A stretch of 34,334 nucleotides of DNA, from assembly GCA_001724265.1 (NCBI GenBank), contig MEDY01000323.1, positions 1 to 34,334 of the forward strand, read 5' to 3'. The notes beneath the pieces are model-generated. The model was not told the DNA's origin and ran no database searches. It was given only the letters and a program-made list of their open reading frames with translations. Source of the DNA: Rhizaria sp. SCN 62-66. Its lineage: Eukaryota. Positions 33,100 to 34,334 of the stretch are shown here, in pieces (the first letter of the stretch is position 1; the number at the start of each line of letters is the position of its first letter). The translations under genes were made by a program, and so were the position numbers.

Positions 33100-34041
33100 G
33101 CTGGGCGAGGGGTCTAAAGAGTAGTGAGTTTGAAAAGTAGGTACAGTGAGTCAATAACGTATTTCCAAGAAAATCAATTAAGTTTACATATAAAATACTC
33201 AACTTAAATCATAATATCTGTCCCACATCACTGTTAACGACCAATTTAGCGATATCCATATCATATTATATCACGCACTCATGTTGTTTCTGCCGCGACT
33301 TAGCTGTTTGCATCTTGTCACCATGGTCACACACTGTTTCACACAGGATACGTGCATATGAACAAAACAGTGCATTTTTATTACAATGTACGTGTGGGCA
33401 TTGCTTCATTGAAGTGTCGCTCCTTGTGTCACTGCTCCCATACATGATTTATAACGATGTTACTCCAACCGTTACAGTGGCGCACTCGGTTTGAGTATGT
33501 GCATGTGTGTGCATTGTCACGACAGTCACAGCAAGTTGTTGAGACACAACAACAACTTGGACGAAGACTAACAAAGACATTACCACGTCTATACATGCGC
33601 ATGCACAGCCATAAACATGAGCCTTACAACCAGCTATAACCTCAAAACTTACCAACACAATGCAGCTTCTTCTTCTTTTACCTTAAAACGAAAACAAAAC
33701 CAACAAAATGTAAGTTTCGCTTTTTGTGTTAAACATAACTATAAACAAAATAGCGCATGTCAATACTCGTCTTTCGTGTCGTTTCTTCTTTGCGCAGAAG
33801 AACAACTTATATTTTGTGTTTCTTTTTTGTGACGAATAGAAACTACACACGCTCTTAAAAACAATTTAAAACAAAAAACAGACTTTACTTACGAAAATAA
33901 ACACACACAGACTCTTGACCATTCGTAGTCAATCAGTCACGCTGTACTCCTGAAAGACTCTGGTGCCATCACAACAACTTGGCGCTCGTTGCGTCTGTCG
34001 CACACGCTCTTGAAAGCGCTGCTTCGGATCGCTCGCGTCGC

Positions 34042-34334
34042 TTAGTAGCGCTTCTTGACGGACGCGCTGCCGAGCCCGTAGCCGCGCGCGCCACCGCCGC
34101 CGAGCAGCCCGGCCATGTTGGCGCGCACGCGCATCTCGCTGCGGTTCATCGACTCGATCAGCCGGTTGTTGGCGGCGTTGGGCGCCACCGCGCGCTGCAG
34201 CCACGCGAAGCGGCTCGCAGGCTGTACGCCCGCGCCCAGCGCCACGGGGTCCACCGCCAGCGCCGCGGGCGCGCGGGCGCGCGACACGGCACCGGCCGCA
34301 GCCGCGGCGGCGGCGGCCTCGGCGGCCACGGCGG
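34042..34334 (-). CDS. 3' end of a protein of unknown function (starts outside the window)
   Basis: GC-rich open frame from the edge, ...SRFAWLQRAVAPNAANNRLIESMNRSEMRVRANMAGLLGGGGARGYGLGSASVKKRY-TAA, followed by AT-rich UTR-like sequence. Confidence 0.7.
   Translation of the reverse strand, partial: AVAAEAAAAAAAAGAVSRARAPAALAVDPVALGAGVQPASRFAWLQRAVAPNAANNRLIESMNRSEMRVRANMAGLLGGGGARGYGLGSASVKKRY

Overview
Gene-dense window of a unicellular eukaryote (protist) nuclear genome: GC-rich exons, AT-richer introns of about 120-195 nt, and a strong GTACGT donor consensus. I reconstruct 13 protein-coding genes, two cut by the window edges: a secreted repeat protein, a secreted Tae4-like peptidoglycan amidase of probable bacterial origin, methylmalonyl-CoA mutase, a divergent PIG-Q/Gpi1-like protein, a putative mitochondrial single-pass protein, a ~1060-aa secreted hyper-cationic repeat protein, an E2F factor, histone H1, an alpha/beta hydrolase, Vta1, a tandem double mitochondrial carrier, an organellar tyrosyl-tRNA synthetase and an unknown partial gene. 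Main oddities: the Tae4-like amidase; the cationic secreted protein; an in-frame TAG inside TyrRS while none of the 12 visible terminal stops is TAG; a 3' splice-acceptor-like site just before almost every start codon (possible SL trans-splicing); a shared S/A-L-x-E/Q-T pro-peptide motif in all three secreted proteins; and a histone-type stem-loop after H1. Family calls come from recognising motifs by eye; no searches were run.
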